A DNA stretch of 63,055 nucleotides, filler included, from Thraustochytrium aureum (lineage: Eukaryota), in the NCBI GenBank assembly GCA_012862495.1. It is 7 parts of 5 records of this genome, joined end to end, with 100 filler letters (N's around TTAATTAATTAA, not from the genome) between each part and the next. Parts side by side here need not be neighbours in the genome. Positions count along the whole stretch, not along the records: positions 1 to 20,593 come from BLSG01000117.1; positions 20,694 to 25,074 come from BLSG01000118.1; 5 more parts are not named here. One strand, written 5' to 3'. Positions 11,213 to 23,488 of this stretch are shown here, piece by piece (within the stretch, counting starts at the first letter, position 1; the number at the start of each line of letters is the position of its first letter). The position numbers and the translations under genes were made by a program. Below the pieces are notes generated by a model. It had not been told where the DNA came from and did not search any database. It saw only the letters and a program-made list of their open reading frames with translations.

Positions 11213-13600
11213 CTAGCGGCGCGGCGGCGGCCGGGGCTCGGGGAGCGCGCCGAGGTTGTCCGTCGGGGCGATGGCCTCCGCATCGCCACCAAGAGGCTTT
11301 GCGTGGCGCGGCGGCGCGATGACTTTCAGGACAGACGACCGCATGGAAGATCTGAGGCTGCTCAGCGAGGTCTTCAATAGCCGGCCTGCGTTTTGGTGAT
11401 GGTGAGCCCTGGCGCCGTCTGTTGCCTTTGCCTCCTCCTGGACATGAAGCCGCTTCTCCGATCTGTCGCCAGAAGAAGCCTCGAAGGCGGCCACGAGGGC
11501 TGCAAGGTCGCCGTGGGCGGCGCGCTCGGTCTCGGTCTCGTAGAGCGATCTGGGCCGGCTGCGCAAAAGGCCGTCAAGCAGGCTGTCGTCGCTTTCCTCG
11601 TCGGTCGCGTCGAAGCTGCCGCTCAGGTCCAGAGCGGCCGCAGAGCCCCCTTGCGAGCGGCCCTGACGCACCACGGTGCCCTCTTTCGAGGGTGGGCGGG
11701 TCGGCGCAAAACTCTCTAGCTCGCTCTCCGAGTCGTCGACTTCCGAGCCACCCTCTTCGTTCGGCAGAAAAAACGAGCTCGCCTCGCGGCTTGCTGGCAT
11801 GCTGGCGCGCTCGGCGCGAACCCGAGGCGCGGCGGGGCCACGCGGCGCGGAAACCTCCCGCTTGATAGGCCTCGACACGGCCGCGGTCTCCCGACTCGAA
11901 AACTGAGCAGCGGAGTGCACGCGCCGGATGGAGGAGGCCGTTCGCATGCAGGCTGACGAGCAGCGGGGCGGCGCTGCCTGCAGCACGACGTTTGCGAGCC
12001 TTGGCTCGTTCTCCCCGAGGCCGCCGGCCCGGATGCTGGACATTTCGACTCTAGCGGGACCGCCAGACACCCAGGAGAAGGCGCTCTCGGAGGAGGCTGC
12101 GGCGGGAGCCGTGGTCTGTGTGTCTTCAACGCCGATTCGCATCTTGCCAGAAAACGAGGCAGCCTTGTGGCGGCCGCGCGGGAAGTGGTTCGAAGCGCTC
12201 GAGACACTCCGGGGCGCGTTTGGCAGCGCGAGCAGCGTGGGCTGTGACTTGTGCAAGAGCGTCTTCGTGGGCCCCGCCTGTGCAGGCGAGTCTGTGTACC
12301 GTTTCGCTCGCTGGCCCTGCGCGAGGCTTTCGAAGCTCACGGTGCGCCTGGCCCCCGACCGGAACTCGCGCGGGGGCGGAGGCTGCGGAATATAGTCGTA
12401 CTCACGCAGGCTGTTGGAGGAGGCCGAGTCGGCCAGCACCACCGAGGAGGAGGAGCGCGGGAGGTAAAAGCCCGGCTCTGGCGAAACGCAGTCGTCTCCG
12501 GCGCTCCGCGATCCTTCGTCAGACGGGGCGCGAGTGCGGCTCCCGCCGCGCATGGACGTGCTCCGTCGGACGCGGCTGCTCGTTGCCGAGTCTGAGTCGG
12601 GCGGCTGCGGTACGTACCAGGACTCGGGTTTGACTTGGATTGAACGAACTGGCGAGCCGCGTGCCCGTGGCGCGGCGCTGCATCCGACGAAGGGGGCGTG
12701 GGCTTTAGCCATGACCCAACAGCAGCGTCGCGGGCTGGCGGCGAATGCTGTGTCGTCGAGTCATTTGCGGCCCGAGCCCAGCCCAGCTCGCCGACGCGCC
12801 GAGCGGCTCCGACTCGCAAGGATGGCAATGATGGCGAGTGGTAGTGCGAGCTGCTGCGGATGCGCCGCACCCGTGCGAGCAGCGGGGCGCTCGCGGATGC
12901 CTTGAGGTGCGTGCGAGGAGCCGGGCTTGGCTCGCTCTCGTGTTCGTGTCCTTCGGTGCGGCGGCGGCCTTGCGCTGGTGTTGGCGAAGGCGTGCGGGCG
13001 CGCCGCTCGCCCAATCTCGAGGATTCCGGCGAAGAGAGCTTGCCGTGCCGAAAGACCTTGTTGGGGCTGGCTTGTCGAGCGGCGCAAAGGCGGCCGCCGC
13101 GGGCGGATGCGCCTCTGCAGCGGTATGCGCTTTGGCCTTTGTGCTGGGCTCGGTGCCTTGTCGCAGTCTCGCTTCTGGCGAAGGCGACGTTTTCGCCGCG
13201 GGGTGCGGCCTCCGTTCCGTCTTCATCGAATTCGAGGAGCTCTCCAGGGCGCCCAAGCGGTGTCGCGGCGTCCGGCCGCTTTCGCCATCCATCCCCCTCC
13301 CGGCGGCCTCGAGCCCTGGGCCCTTGCCTGCGCGTTCGCGGACTGCCAGCTCTGCAGCCGGTGTCGCGCGAGGTGCTGCGTTTCTTGCTCGCCAGGGCCT
13401 CTGGCCAGCGCGACAGCCAGGCAGGGTGCGGCGAATCCGCCGCCGCTGCCGCCGCCGCCGGCCGCCTTTCTACCTCGCGCGCAGCGCGGCCTGCGCGCTC
13501 CTGCCCGCTCTTCGCTGGCTGCGCGTCCCGTGATCCTCTCCCGTGTTGCGGCCACTGCTTCGCGGCTTCAAGTGCGAAGAGCAATCGGTTGAAGCCAATC
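11213..13600 (-). CDS. Low-complexity Ser/Arg/Pro-rich hypothetical protein (start uncertain, probable frameshift near 12716)
   Basis: 499-aa ORF 11213-12712 can be extended into the frame of ORF 12337-13638 by adding one base at ccc 12715-12717; no domain recognised. Confidence 0.45.
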
Positions 13601-15861
13601 TCTCGGGAGAAACTGGTGAGCGATCGATCGAACAGCAAAGGGAGAGGACGCGTTGCTGGACCTGGACTTGCTCGCCTCTCGCCCTGTTCTCACCTGGCGA
13701 GCGCCCTGCCCTCCCTCAGCCAACCGGCGCGCATCAGCGAGGGGAGGGGAGNNNNNNNNNNNNNNNNNNNNAGCCTCATTCCTCCTTCCGTCAAGTGCAT
13801 CGACGCCAGCCAAGTTGACTGAGGGCGGCGAGTTGCGAGCGCGCCGGCCGGCCACCCAACCCACCCGCCAAAACCCACCCATCCACCGCCTCGTGACGTG
13901 ATCGACCTGCCCGCCAGCACCCAGCCAGCCAGCCCGCCTGCCAGCCTGCAGCCTGGGGCCCTGCCTGGCTGCCACGGCGCTCGAGAGCGGCGCCATCGCC
14001 TGGCTGGCACTGGCGATTCTTTCGTCCAAATCATCGCTTTTTTTTCGCTTTTTCGCTGCTTGCGTCCCAAGTCCGTGAGGGGCAAGAGGAAGGAGAGGTG
14101 CAGGCAGGCCAGCAACAACCAGGCGATCCGTGGCGTTTTGCCGGGGTGCCGCGGCAAGGCGATGCGTGGCAGGGTCAGCCCCGGCGATCGGCGGCGGGCA
14201 GGGCCCGACGCGACGGGAAGCAAACCCGACCCCGGCCGACGTGCTCAAACGCACGTGCTACGACAGGACGCAGCGCCCGAACGCCTCCAACGCGGCAACT
14301 CGAACTTGAAGGGCCATCGTGAAACAGCGCTGGGGTGCGCGTTCGCTGTGCAAGCCGCGGCGAGTTGGCGGTGACGCTGGCGCAGGCCGAGCCAGCTCGC
14401 TACGGAGATGGATGGATGGACGCCAGCTGGCCTAAAATGCGCCGCCGTGCTCGTCGCCGTCGATCAATGGGCACGAGTGAGTACCTACTGAACTTCGCCT
14501 GGCCGGGCCAGCGCGGGCAGCGCCGGTGCGTCGCTGCTGCACGACCGCGTGACGCGCTCAGCCGTCCCGTGTCCCCGTGTCCCACAGCGCCTCACTCGCG
14601 AAGTCGGCAGTACTCTGTACCCTAACGCACCCGCCGCCAGCAACACCTGTTGGACCAAGAAGAGCCGAACTTGCTGCGAAAACCGCCTGACCCTGCCTCG
14701 GATGCGCCGCCGCCACGGAGGCTCGCGGCACAAAGTAATCTTCTGATTTCGAGAAACGAAAGTACTCCAACCCCGCTGCAGGTGCTCATCACTGCATGCG
14801 TGCCCGTGCGCCTGGGCCTGGGCCTGGGCCTGTGCGTGCCTGCAAGGCGTCCCTGCGCTTGGAGCGGCTGGCGTTTGGGCGGCAAGTCATCGTTCACGCC
14901 GGAAAAGGGCCATCTCCGTAGCAACCACGCCGGAGCAGCGAGCGCCTCGCGAAGCGAGCGAACAGGCGGGGGCGCCCCCGACNNNNNNNNNNNNNNNNNN
15001 NNNNNNNNNNNNNNNNNNNNNNNNNNNNNNNNNNNNNNNNNNNNNNNNNNNNNNNNNNNNNNNNNNNNNNNNNNNNNNNNNNNNNNNNNNNNNNNNNNNN
15101 NNNNNNNNNNNNNNNNNNNNNNNNNNNNNNNNNNNNNNNNNNNNNNNNNNNNNNNNNNNNNNNNNNNNNNNNNNNNNNNNNNNNNNNNNNNNNNNNNNNN
15201 NNNNNNNNNNNNNNNNNNNNNNNNNNNNNNNNNNNNNNNNNNNNNNNNNNNNNNNNNNNNNNNNNNNNNNNNNNNNNNNNNNNNNNNNNNNNNNNNNNNN
15301 NNNNNNNNNNNNNNNNNNNNNNNNNNNNNNNNNNNNNNNNNNNNNNNNNNNNNNNNNNNNNNNNNNNNNNNNNNNNNNNNNNNNNNNNNNNNNNNNNNNN
15401 NNNNNNNNNNNNNNNNNNNNNNNNNNNNNNNNNNNNNNNNNNNNNNNNNNNNNNNNNNNNNNNNNNNNNNNNNNNNNNNNNNNNNNNNNNNNNNNNNNNN
15501 NNNNNNNNNNNNNNNNNNNNNNNNNNNNNNNNNNNNNNNNNNNNNNNNNNNNNNNNNNNNNNNNNNNNNNNNNNNNNNNNNNNNNNNNNNNNNNNNNNNN
15601 NNNNNNNNNNNNNNNNNNNNNNNNNNNNNNNNNNNNNNNNNNNNNNNNNNNNNNNNNNNNNNNNNNNNNNNNNNNNNNNNNNNNNNNNNNNNNNNNNNNN
15701 NNNNNNNNNNNNNNNNNNNNNNNNNNNNNNNNNNNNNNNNNNNNNNNNNNNNNNNNNNNNNNNNNNNNNNNNNNNNNNNNNNNNNNNNNNNNNNNNNNNN
15801 NNNNNNNNNNNNNNNNNNNNNNNNNNNNNNNNNNNNNNNNNNNNNNNNNNNNNNNNNNNNN

Positions 15862-18462
15862 CCTCTTGGGCGGCAGCGGGATCCAGTCGCTGCGGATCGG
15901 AGCGGGCCTCGGCCACAGCGAGGACGAGGAGGAGGCCACCGACCGCCTGCCCGAGATGAACGTCGAGGACGTGCCAGTGCACACCCGCCCCAAGCTGCGG
16001 CGGTCCGTCACCTTTGCCGGCGACCTCCCCAAGGTTTCCGGCGCGCCCGGCGAGCCCAGCGGCGGCCCGCGCGGCCTGCAGGTCAACACGCGCTTCGGTG
16101 ACGAACGCGAGTGCGACGGCGACGCAATCGCGCGCACACAGTGCGACATGGGCAGCGCGTTCCCGACCACGTCGAGCTCCTCGGTACGCAGGGCCTTCCC
16201 CAGGACCATATTCGACTCGGTGGAGGCCTTGGGCCCCGCTTCGCCCCGCGGCCACTCGCGCGCGATGTCAGAGTCCTCTGCGCTCTTTGCCGCCTTTCAG
16301 GACAAGGTGGCTTGCTCCTTCCAGGACCTCTGCTTGGACATCGGAGCGAGCGGGGGTAACAACAACTCGCCCGCCAGGCACCAACCGCGCGAGCCCGAGT
16401 GCGAGCGCCAGCCGCAGCTGCAGCAGCAGGCTCGCTCTGCTGCCAGGCACCCCGTGCAGTCCGCCGGGACGCACGAGCCCAGCCCTGCTTCCGCTGCCGC
16501 CGCCGCCGCGCCTCTCTCGCCCTCTTCGTCGCTCGGCTCTGGCAACGCGTCCGACGGCGTAATGGACGACTTTCCCGCCCACCCGCGCGCCTTCTCCCCG
16601 CAGGGCCAGCGCTCGTTCGCCTCCTCCGCGTCAGCGCACAGCTTTGTGCCCGCCGCCTACATGACCGGGAGCGGCCACTTTCACGCAGCGCAAGGCCACC
16701 ACGACCCGTACGGGGGCGCGCCGTACGGGTACCCCGGGTCGGGCCTCGCGGCAGGGATGCCGATGGCGCCGCCGCCGCCGCCGCCGCCGATGCCGCCCCC
16801 GCCCCCGCCCTCCATGGTGGGCATGCCGTTCGAGCAAATGCAAGCCATGCACATGATGCACCAGCACATGATGATGCAGTGGATGCAAATGCAAGAGCAG
16901 CACCAGCGCCTCATGATGATGGAGCAGCACCGCGTCGCCGTGGCCGCCGCCGCAGCAGCAGGAAACGGCGGAACCAGCCCCATGTCGATGGGAAGCACGT
17001 CGCCGCAACACATGCACTTGGACGGCGGCCACAAGGCGCACCCTTCCGCGGCCCCGCACCACGCCCAGTTTGGCAGCNNNNNNNNNNNNNNNNNNNNNNN
17101 NNNNNNNNNNNNNNNNNNNNNNNNNNNNNNNNNNNNNNNNNNNNNNNNNNNNNNNNNNNNNNNNNNNNNNNNNNNNNNNNNNNNNNNNNNNNNNNNNNNN
17201 NNNNNNNNNNNNNNNNNNNNNNNNNNNNNNNNNNNNNNNNNNNNNNNNNNNNNNNNNNNNNNNNNNNNNNNNNNNNNNNNNNNNNNNNNNNNNNNNNNNN
17301 NNNNNNNNNNNNNNNNNNNNNNNNNNNNNNNNNNNNNNNNNNNNNNNNNNNNNNNNNNNNNNNNNNNNNNNNNNNNNNNNNNNNNNNNNNNNNNNNNNNN
17401 NNNNNNNNNNNNNNNNNNNNNNNNNNNNNNNNNNNNNNNNNNNNNNNNNNNNNNNNNNNNNNNNNNNNNNNNNNNNNNNNNNNNNNNNNNNNNNNNNNNN
17501 NNNNNNNNNNNNNNNNNNNNNNNNNNNNNNNNNNNNNNNNNNNNNNNNNNNNNNNNNNNNNNNNNNNNNNNNNNNNNNNNNNNNNNNNNNNNNNNNNNNN
17601 NNNNNNNNNNNNNNNNNNNNNNNNNNNNNNNNNNNNNNNNNNNNNNNNNNNNNNNNNNNNNNNNNNNNNNNNNNNNNNNNNNNNNNNNNNNNNNNNNNNN
17701 NNNNNNNNNNNNNNNNNNNNNNNNNNNNNNNNNNNNNNNNNNNNNNNNNNNNNNNNNNNNNNNNNNNNNNNNNNNNNNNNNNNNNNNNNNNNNNNNNNNN
17801 NNNNNNNNNNNNNNNNNNNNNNNNNNNNNNNNNNNNNNNNNNNNNNNNNNNNNNNNNNNNNNNNNNNNNNNNNNNNNNNNNNNNNNNNNNNNNNNNNNNN
17901 NNNNNCCAGGCTCGTGCTTTTGCTCCTCGGCGACTGCGACGGCTCGCGGTCCAAGCCGGTGGCCACGATCCTCTCGGCCATTCGCGGCGCATTCGACAAG
18001 CTCATGTGGGACCAGCATGGGAACTTTTGCCTGCAGCACTTCCTTGACCGCGGCTCCGCCGAGCAGGCTGCCGAGGTGCAAGCACTCGTGGCCCGCGTGG
18101 TGCTCGGCCTCGCCAAGCACAAATTTGGCTCCCACCTCGTGGAGAAGTGCCTCTCCGTCGCCACGCAAGAGCAGGTCGCCGCCATTGTCGACCAGATGCT
18201 CGACCACTCTGGGGCCAAGGCGGCCGAGCTTGGCCTCGCGCCAGGGCAGGACGACGACGGGACGGTCATCCTGCTGCTCATGAAAGACCCGTACGCCAAC
18301 TTTGTGGTGCAGCGCGCCTTTGACGCCGCGCGAGGCCCGCTGCGCGAGGAGCTCGCGCGCCAGATCCAGAGCCGCTCCAAGCTTCTCTCAAAGTTCACTT
18401 ACGGGCGCCATATTCTTTCGACCATTGCCAAGGACGCGCGCGTCGGCGCGGCCTCGGCCTGA
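15862..18462 (+). CDS. Pumilio/PUF RNA-binding protein (partial; gaps)
   Basis: C-terminal PUF repeats DQHGNFCLQHFL, HKFGSHLVEKCL, KDPYANFVVQRAF, KFTYGRHIL. P/M/Q/H-rich low-complexity region before the gap. Confidence 0.88.
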
Positions 18463-19133
18463 GCCCCGTGGACCGCCGTCGCGCCTTGCAGCGCACGCTT
18501 TGCACGCCCACTCCCCCTGTCCGGGTGTTGCGCACCACGCAGCAGTAGCGGGCGCCTCGTGGAGACGCACCGTCTGCTGCGATGACCACAAGACAATCAT
18601 ACCACTCATGATCACAACCATTGAATGAAAAAACCACCGTTACAATCTCTACACTGCCTGTCCTGTGCGCCTGTCTGCCTGTGTCTGCTGCGCGTCTGCC
18701 TGCCTGGCAGTCTGACTTGTCTCGGTGCTTTGCCCGGTTCGCGGGAAGACGCTTTGGCCCTGCCTGCGTGCCACCTGGGGCCGGACTCGCGAGCGAGCCA
18801 AGCTTGCGCGCGGGCCAGGCGGTCGGTTACCGCGAGTCCCCAGCCCATCTATCTGGTCGGCCCGCTACACTTTTAATAAAAAGAACGATTCCGGCCCGGT
18901 CTCTGTGCGGTCGGGTCGGATGGCGCGAGTGCCCACCCAGCCCATCTGGACAGGGCGGCCCGTCCGTCGGCATTCGCTGGCCTTTCACTTGCCACCTCCC
19001 CCAAGCCACCAAGTCACGCGAGTAGCGAGTTCGTTCGAGCCCCAGCCAACCCCAACGCGCCCGGCGCGCATTGGGCTCTCGCCTGGCCCGCACGCTCTCG
19101 GGCAACGCGCGCAGCCTGAGCAGCCGATGACGG

Positions 19134-20593
19134 CTAGTCCCCAGCGGGTTGGAGAGCCGCGTCGACCGCCGGCGCGGGAACTCGCCCTTGAACAGCAGGT
19201 CCTCAATCACGTTCTTTTCCTCGTCGTCTGACGACGTGATGGAAGGCGACGAGGCCACTTCGAGGGCACTGCGGCCCTCCACTTGCGAGCCTGCCTCGCC
19301 CGCAGGACCGCCAGCGCCCGCGCTGCTCGCGGGGGCGCGACTTGCACCTGCGCTGCTCTCGCTCGCGAGCGAATTGCGCCGCGAGTCGCCCTCGTCGGCG
19401 CCCTCCGGCACCGTGTCCATGTGCGCCGACGCCGGTGTGGGCGCTTCGTCGCCCTCCAAGTGGTCGTGCAGGTGGTCGCCAGCTGGGGAGACGCCGCAAG
19501 AGTATAGGAAGGTGCCCACGGCGCCAAAGTAGCCCTCGTGCTCCATGAAGAGCGCTTGGATCTCGCCCTGCGACCAATTGTGCATCATGGACGACAGCGC
19601 GCGCAGCGCGATGCGGTTGTGCCGCAAAAAGTTGCCCGTGAACAGGACGCGTTTCGACTTGTAAACCTTGGCATTCAGGAACGCGATCTGGGTCACGTTC
19701 TGCGCCACCATCACCACAAGGGCGCGAGCGATGTCGGCCTCCTCAAAGCTCGCCGGCTGACCTCCTTCGCGCACGCTGCCGCCTCTACCCGAGGCCCCTG
19801 GCTTGCCCGTCCCTGCCGCAGCCGCGTGGCCTGTGCTGGCGCTCGAGCGGTCAGCCACGTCGGCGGGCCGCAAGGGCCCCGTATTGGGCGGGTGCGAAGA
19901 GGCCAGGCGCGCCTCAGACGACCAAAACACCAGGTACGCGATGCCCGCAGGAATGAGCAGCAGGACCGCCTCGCGCACAACGTCCACCAGCTCGGGCTCG
20001 CCGCCGCCAGCGACCCGCTCGCGCATGCCGGCAACCAAGTTGGCGCAGAGCAAGGAGATGAGGACGAGCCCGAGGCGCTCGAGCACCGACACGTACGGCC
20101 GCTTTCTAGAACGCTTGGTTCGCACGTTGCCGGCGGCGGACGCGGCCTTGCCGAAAAAGGAGGCCGTGATCTCGCCCGAGAGGCCGGCTTGCTCGTACGA
20201 GCCACCGTAAATGTCCTGCACGGTCAGGTTGACATCGCGCGAGTCGCCGAGCTCGGCCAGGTCCATGGCCTCGTCAAACGTGTTGCAGCGACACAAGAGC
20301 TTGCACAGTCCATAGTACGTGGCCCCGCCGATCGCCGTACCGCTCACGCGGCGAAACGTGTTTGGCCCCGTCACGTTGATGATCGAGACCCCCGAGCCGA
20401 TGTTTACCACGAGGAGCGGGAAGAAGGAGGATGACGTCACCTTCATGGGCTGCACCACCTTGGCCATCTCGTACGAGAGCGCGTCAACGTGGGACACGCC
20501 GTGGTGCCGCTTGTGTTTGGGCGAGGTTTCCTCGAGATCTGTGCCGTCCAGGATGGGCTCGTACGTGTAGCACTCGCTGTCGGGGTGCTCGAG
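19134..20593 (-). CDS. PANK: Type II (eukaryotic) pantothenate kinase, 5'-truncated
   Basis: FPLLVVNIGSGVSI, RVSGTAIGGATYYGLCKLL, VQDIYG, ASFFGK, DIARALV, FTGNFLRHN, ALFMEHEGYFGAVG. The stop is inferred at 19134 after a one-base homopolymer correction; otherwise it is 18827. Confidence 0.92.
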
Positions 20594-20637
20594 NNNNNNN
20601 NNNNNNNNNNNNNNNNNNNNNNNNNNNNNNNNNNNNN

Positions 20638-20649
20638 TTAATTAATTAA
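20638..20649. other. Artificial scaffold linker TTAATTAATTAA in N padding (also at 25119, 36708, 41225, 44708, 50847)
   Basis: Identical six-frame-stop 12-mer centred in ~100-nt N blocks, six times; genes are truncated at these points. Confidence 0.97.
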
Positions 20650-20714
20650 NNNNNNNNNNNNNNNNNNNNNNNNNNNNNNNNNNNNNNNNNNNNAAACAGA
20701 AACCAATTATTGCG

Positions 20715-20832
20715 GAGAACCCGCAAATACTAGAGGAGAACCCGCAAAGCTAAAGGGTAACCCGCGCAAAGCTAAAGGGGAACCCGCGAAAAGCTAGAAT
20801 GCAGGTAAAGGGGAACCCGCGCAATGCTAGAA
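20715..20832. repeat. Degenerate ~22-25 bp tandem repeat (GG[AGT]AACCCGC..AAAGCTA-like)
   Basis: Five copies of AACCCGC followed by a (G)CTA motif, with a sixth AACCCGC near 20889. Confidence 0.7.
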
Positions 20833-21182
20833 ACGAGTGCACACCTGCAAGCGATGCACGCAAGGGGAGGACGCACACGCAAGAGGAGAACCCGCACACC
20901 CCTCGCGCACTGCGACAAGTCGTTGCGTTGCGTGGGTGTGTGTGGGTTCTCCTTGCTCAGCAGCTGCGTCGCTGCGCTGGTTTCGTTGATTCGTTCGTTT
21001 TGTTCCTGGGCGATGCTGAGTGAGGGAGCGGAGCAGGCAAGGCCGATTGAGGACGCGCGCAGGAGGGCCGAAGACACGTACGGCCGGAGGAATCTGCGCG
21101 CGAGGCGGACCTGTGGCGCTGCGTGTGGCCTTCTTCGGGTCCTGTTGATGATCTGGCTCTTGAGGCGGTGTCGAGCGCCGCA

Positions 21183-22456
21183 ATGGCCGGAACGTGCGAG
21201 GCTGACGCAGACTGTCCGCTGACGCAGGTTTGCCTGGTCGCTGGCCTGAGCTGGGCGGACGTGAAGGAGGCGCACTGCGGGTGCTCGCCGTATTATGGGT
21301 GGGCGCAGATGCCCAGGTGCGACGCTCTGGATGTCTCCGCCAGGTTTATGATTGGCGCGTACGTGGTGCTTGCGTTTGCCGCGCTGCTTGGGGCGCTGTT
21401 TGGCGTGGGGCTGCTGGTTGCGCTGGCGACGGGCAAGCGCGGGAGGGCGCCAAAGTGCAACGCGGGGCTGGCCACGTTCGTTCTGGCAATCGCCTCGCTC
21501 GTGTGCTGCGTTGCGTGGTTTACAACTTGCGCGTTGATCTACGCTCGCCCGCTGGACAACACGTTGATCGTCAGGGACGCCTTCGAAGGGAAGCAAAAGT
21601 ACCCGCAGCTGTACGCGCTGGAGCGCTTTCTGGTGGCCATCTCGCTGGTGATCAGCACCGCCGCGTGCATGAACGTCTCCCTCATGTGGATCAAGGTGGT
21701 CGTGGCGACTCACGCGATCTCTGGGCGCGCCTTGGCCCTGCTCGAGGGCTGCCGCCGCGTGGTGTACTTCACCGAGGCCCTTCACGTCTGCGTCCTCGTA
21801 CCGTGCTTTGCGCTCGGCGTGATGGAGATTGTCGTGTACGTCACGTTCCCGTTTTACGTGTTCATCGTTGTGGTGTACAGCTACGCACAGCACAAACTAG
21901 TCGACCTCTTAAAGCGGCTCGCAGAAATCCCCAATAGCTCCTTGGAGCAGCAGCAGTGGTGCTTGGAGCAAGTGAGGCGCGTAAGGCGCACTGCCCTGCA
22001 GGTCGTGTGCGGTGTTTCCGTCGCCCTCGTCCTCTCTGCGGCGTACTCGGGAATGTTTCTCTCGCAGCGGGGTTGGCAGGAGTTTTGCCTGGACAGCGGT
22101 ACGGTTGGGCCGATGCAGGTCTTGTACCTGTCGCTTCCGTTCGGGGTTTTGTTTGTCACATACGTGGTGCTTGTGTACGCATCCATCTCGCTCGTTCGCG
22201 CGAGCAAGCGGCCGCTGCCAGCGACGCGGCGCACCTCGGTAAGCTCGTACAGCGACAGCGACGGGGGGCGCAGGGTTTGCCTCCGTCGCTGCACAGCTCC
22301 TCTGGCGACAACTCGGGCGTCGGCTCTGCGGACGCGGGTGGCTTTCGGGTCGAGCTCACGCCGAGCTCGTCAAGCGAGGCCTCGCGCATCGTTGCGGAGC
22401 TCGGCGAGAATTCCGACGACCGCCCGGGCGTGGAGCAGTCGCTGCTCTCGACGTAG
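21183..22456 (+). CDS. Seven-transmembrane protein with N-terminal EGF-like Cys motif (frameshift at 22263-22268)
   Basis: C-x5-C-x5-C-x14-C-x-C-x11-C followed by seven hydrophobic segments. The Ser-rich tail is recovered by adding one G. Confidence 0.7.
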
Positions 22457-23488
22457 CCGGGCCGCGCCGCCGCCGCATCGGAGGGCAGTCGCTAGCTCGT
22501 CACCAGATAGCTTTCGTAGTAGACCCGCTCGCATCACTAACGTACAAGTCGAGCCCGTGCAGCGCGGGCCTCGTCGTTTTCGCGAGGTCGGCGCCCTTGC
22601 ACCGCCGCCTCCCTCGGCGCTCTTGCCTTTCGCCCTGCTCTGCTCGCCAGAGCAGCAAGCACAACGGCCCTCCGCGCCCGTGCAGCGCGCCGTGCCCCGA
22701 GCTGCCGCGAGTGCGTCTGGCACGGCCCTGGCGAGCGAGGCCGACCAGACCCGAAAGCGCTGGAGGTCCTCGCTCGCAAGTGGACGCGGCGGCTCCGGGG
22801 CGGTCGGCCCACGTGCGATAGCGGTCAGCAAGTNNNNNNNNNNNNNNNNNNNNNNNNNNNNNNNNNNNNNNNNNNNNNNNNNNNNNNNNNNNNNNNNNNN
22901 NNNNNNNNNNNNNNNNNNNNNNNNNNNNNNNNNNNNNNNNNNNNNNNNNNNNNNNNNNNNNNNNNNNNNNNNNNNNNNNNNNNNNNNNNNNNNNNNNNNN
23001 NNNNNNNNNNNNNNNNNNNNNNNNNNNNNNNNNNNNNNNNNNNNNNNNNNNNNNNNNNNNNNNNNNNNNNNNNNNNNNNNNNNNNNNNNNNNNNNNNNNN
23101 NNNNNNNNNNNNNNNNNNNNNNNNNNNNNNNNNNNNNNNNNNNNNNNNNNNNNNNNNNNNNNNNNNNNNNNNNNNNNNNNNNNNNNNNNNNNNNNNNNNN
23201 NNNNNNNNNNNNNNNNNNNNNNNNNNNNNNNNNNNNNNNNNNNNNNNNNNNNNNNNNNNNNNNNNNNNNNNNNNNNNNNNNNNNNNNNNNNNNNNNNNNN
23301 NNNNNNNNNNNNNNNNNNNNNNNNNNNNNNNNNNNNNNNNNNNNNNNNNNNNNNNNNNNNNNNNNNNNNNNNNNNNNNNNNNNNNNNNNNNNNNNNNNNN
23401 NNNNNNNNNNNNNNNNNNNNNNNNNNNNNNNNNNNNNNNNNNNNGGGTGGAAGCGCAGTTTGCGGATTCGGCTGTAAGCGCGCCCGGG

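Noticed and set aside
20715..20900. CRISPR array or telomeric repeat
   Set aside because: Repeats are degenerate with no unique spacers and no cas genes, the context is eukaryotic, and it is not a perfect short telomeric unit
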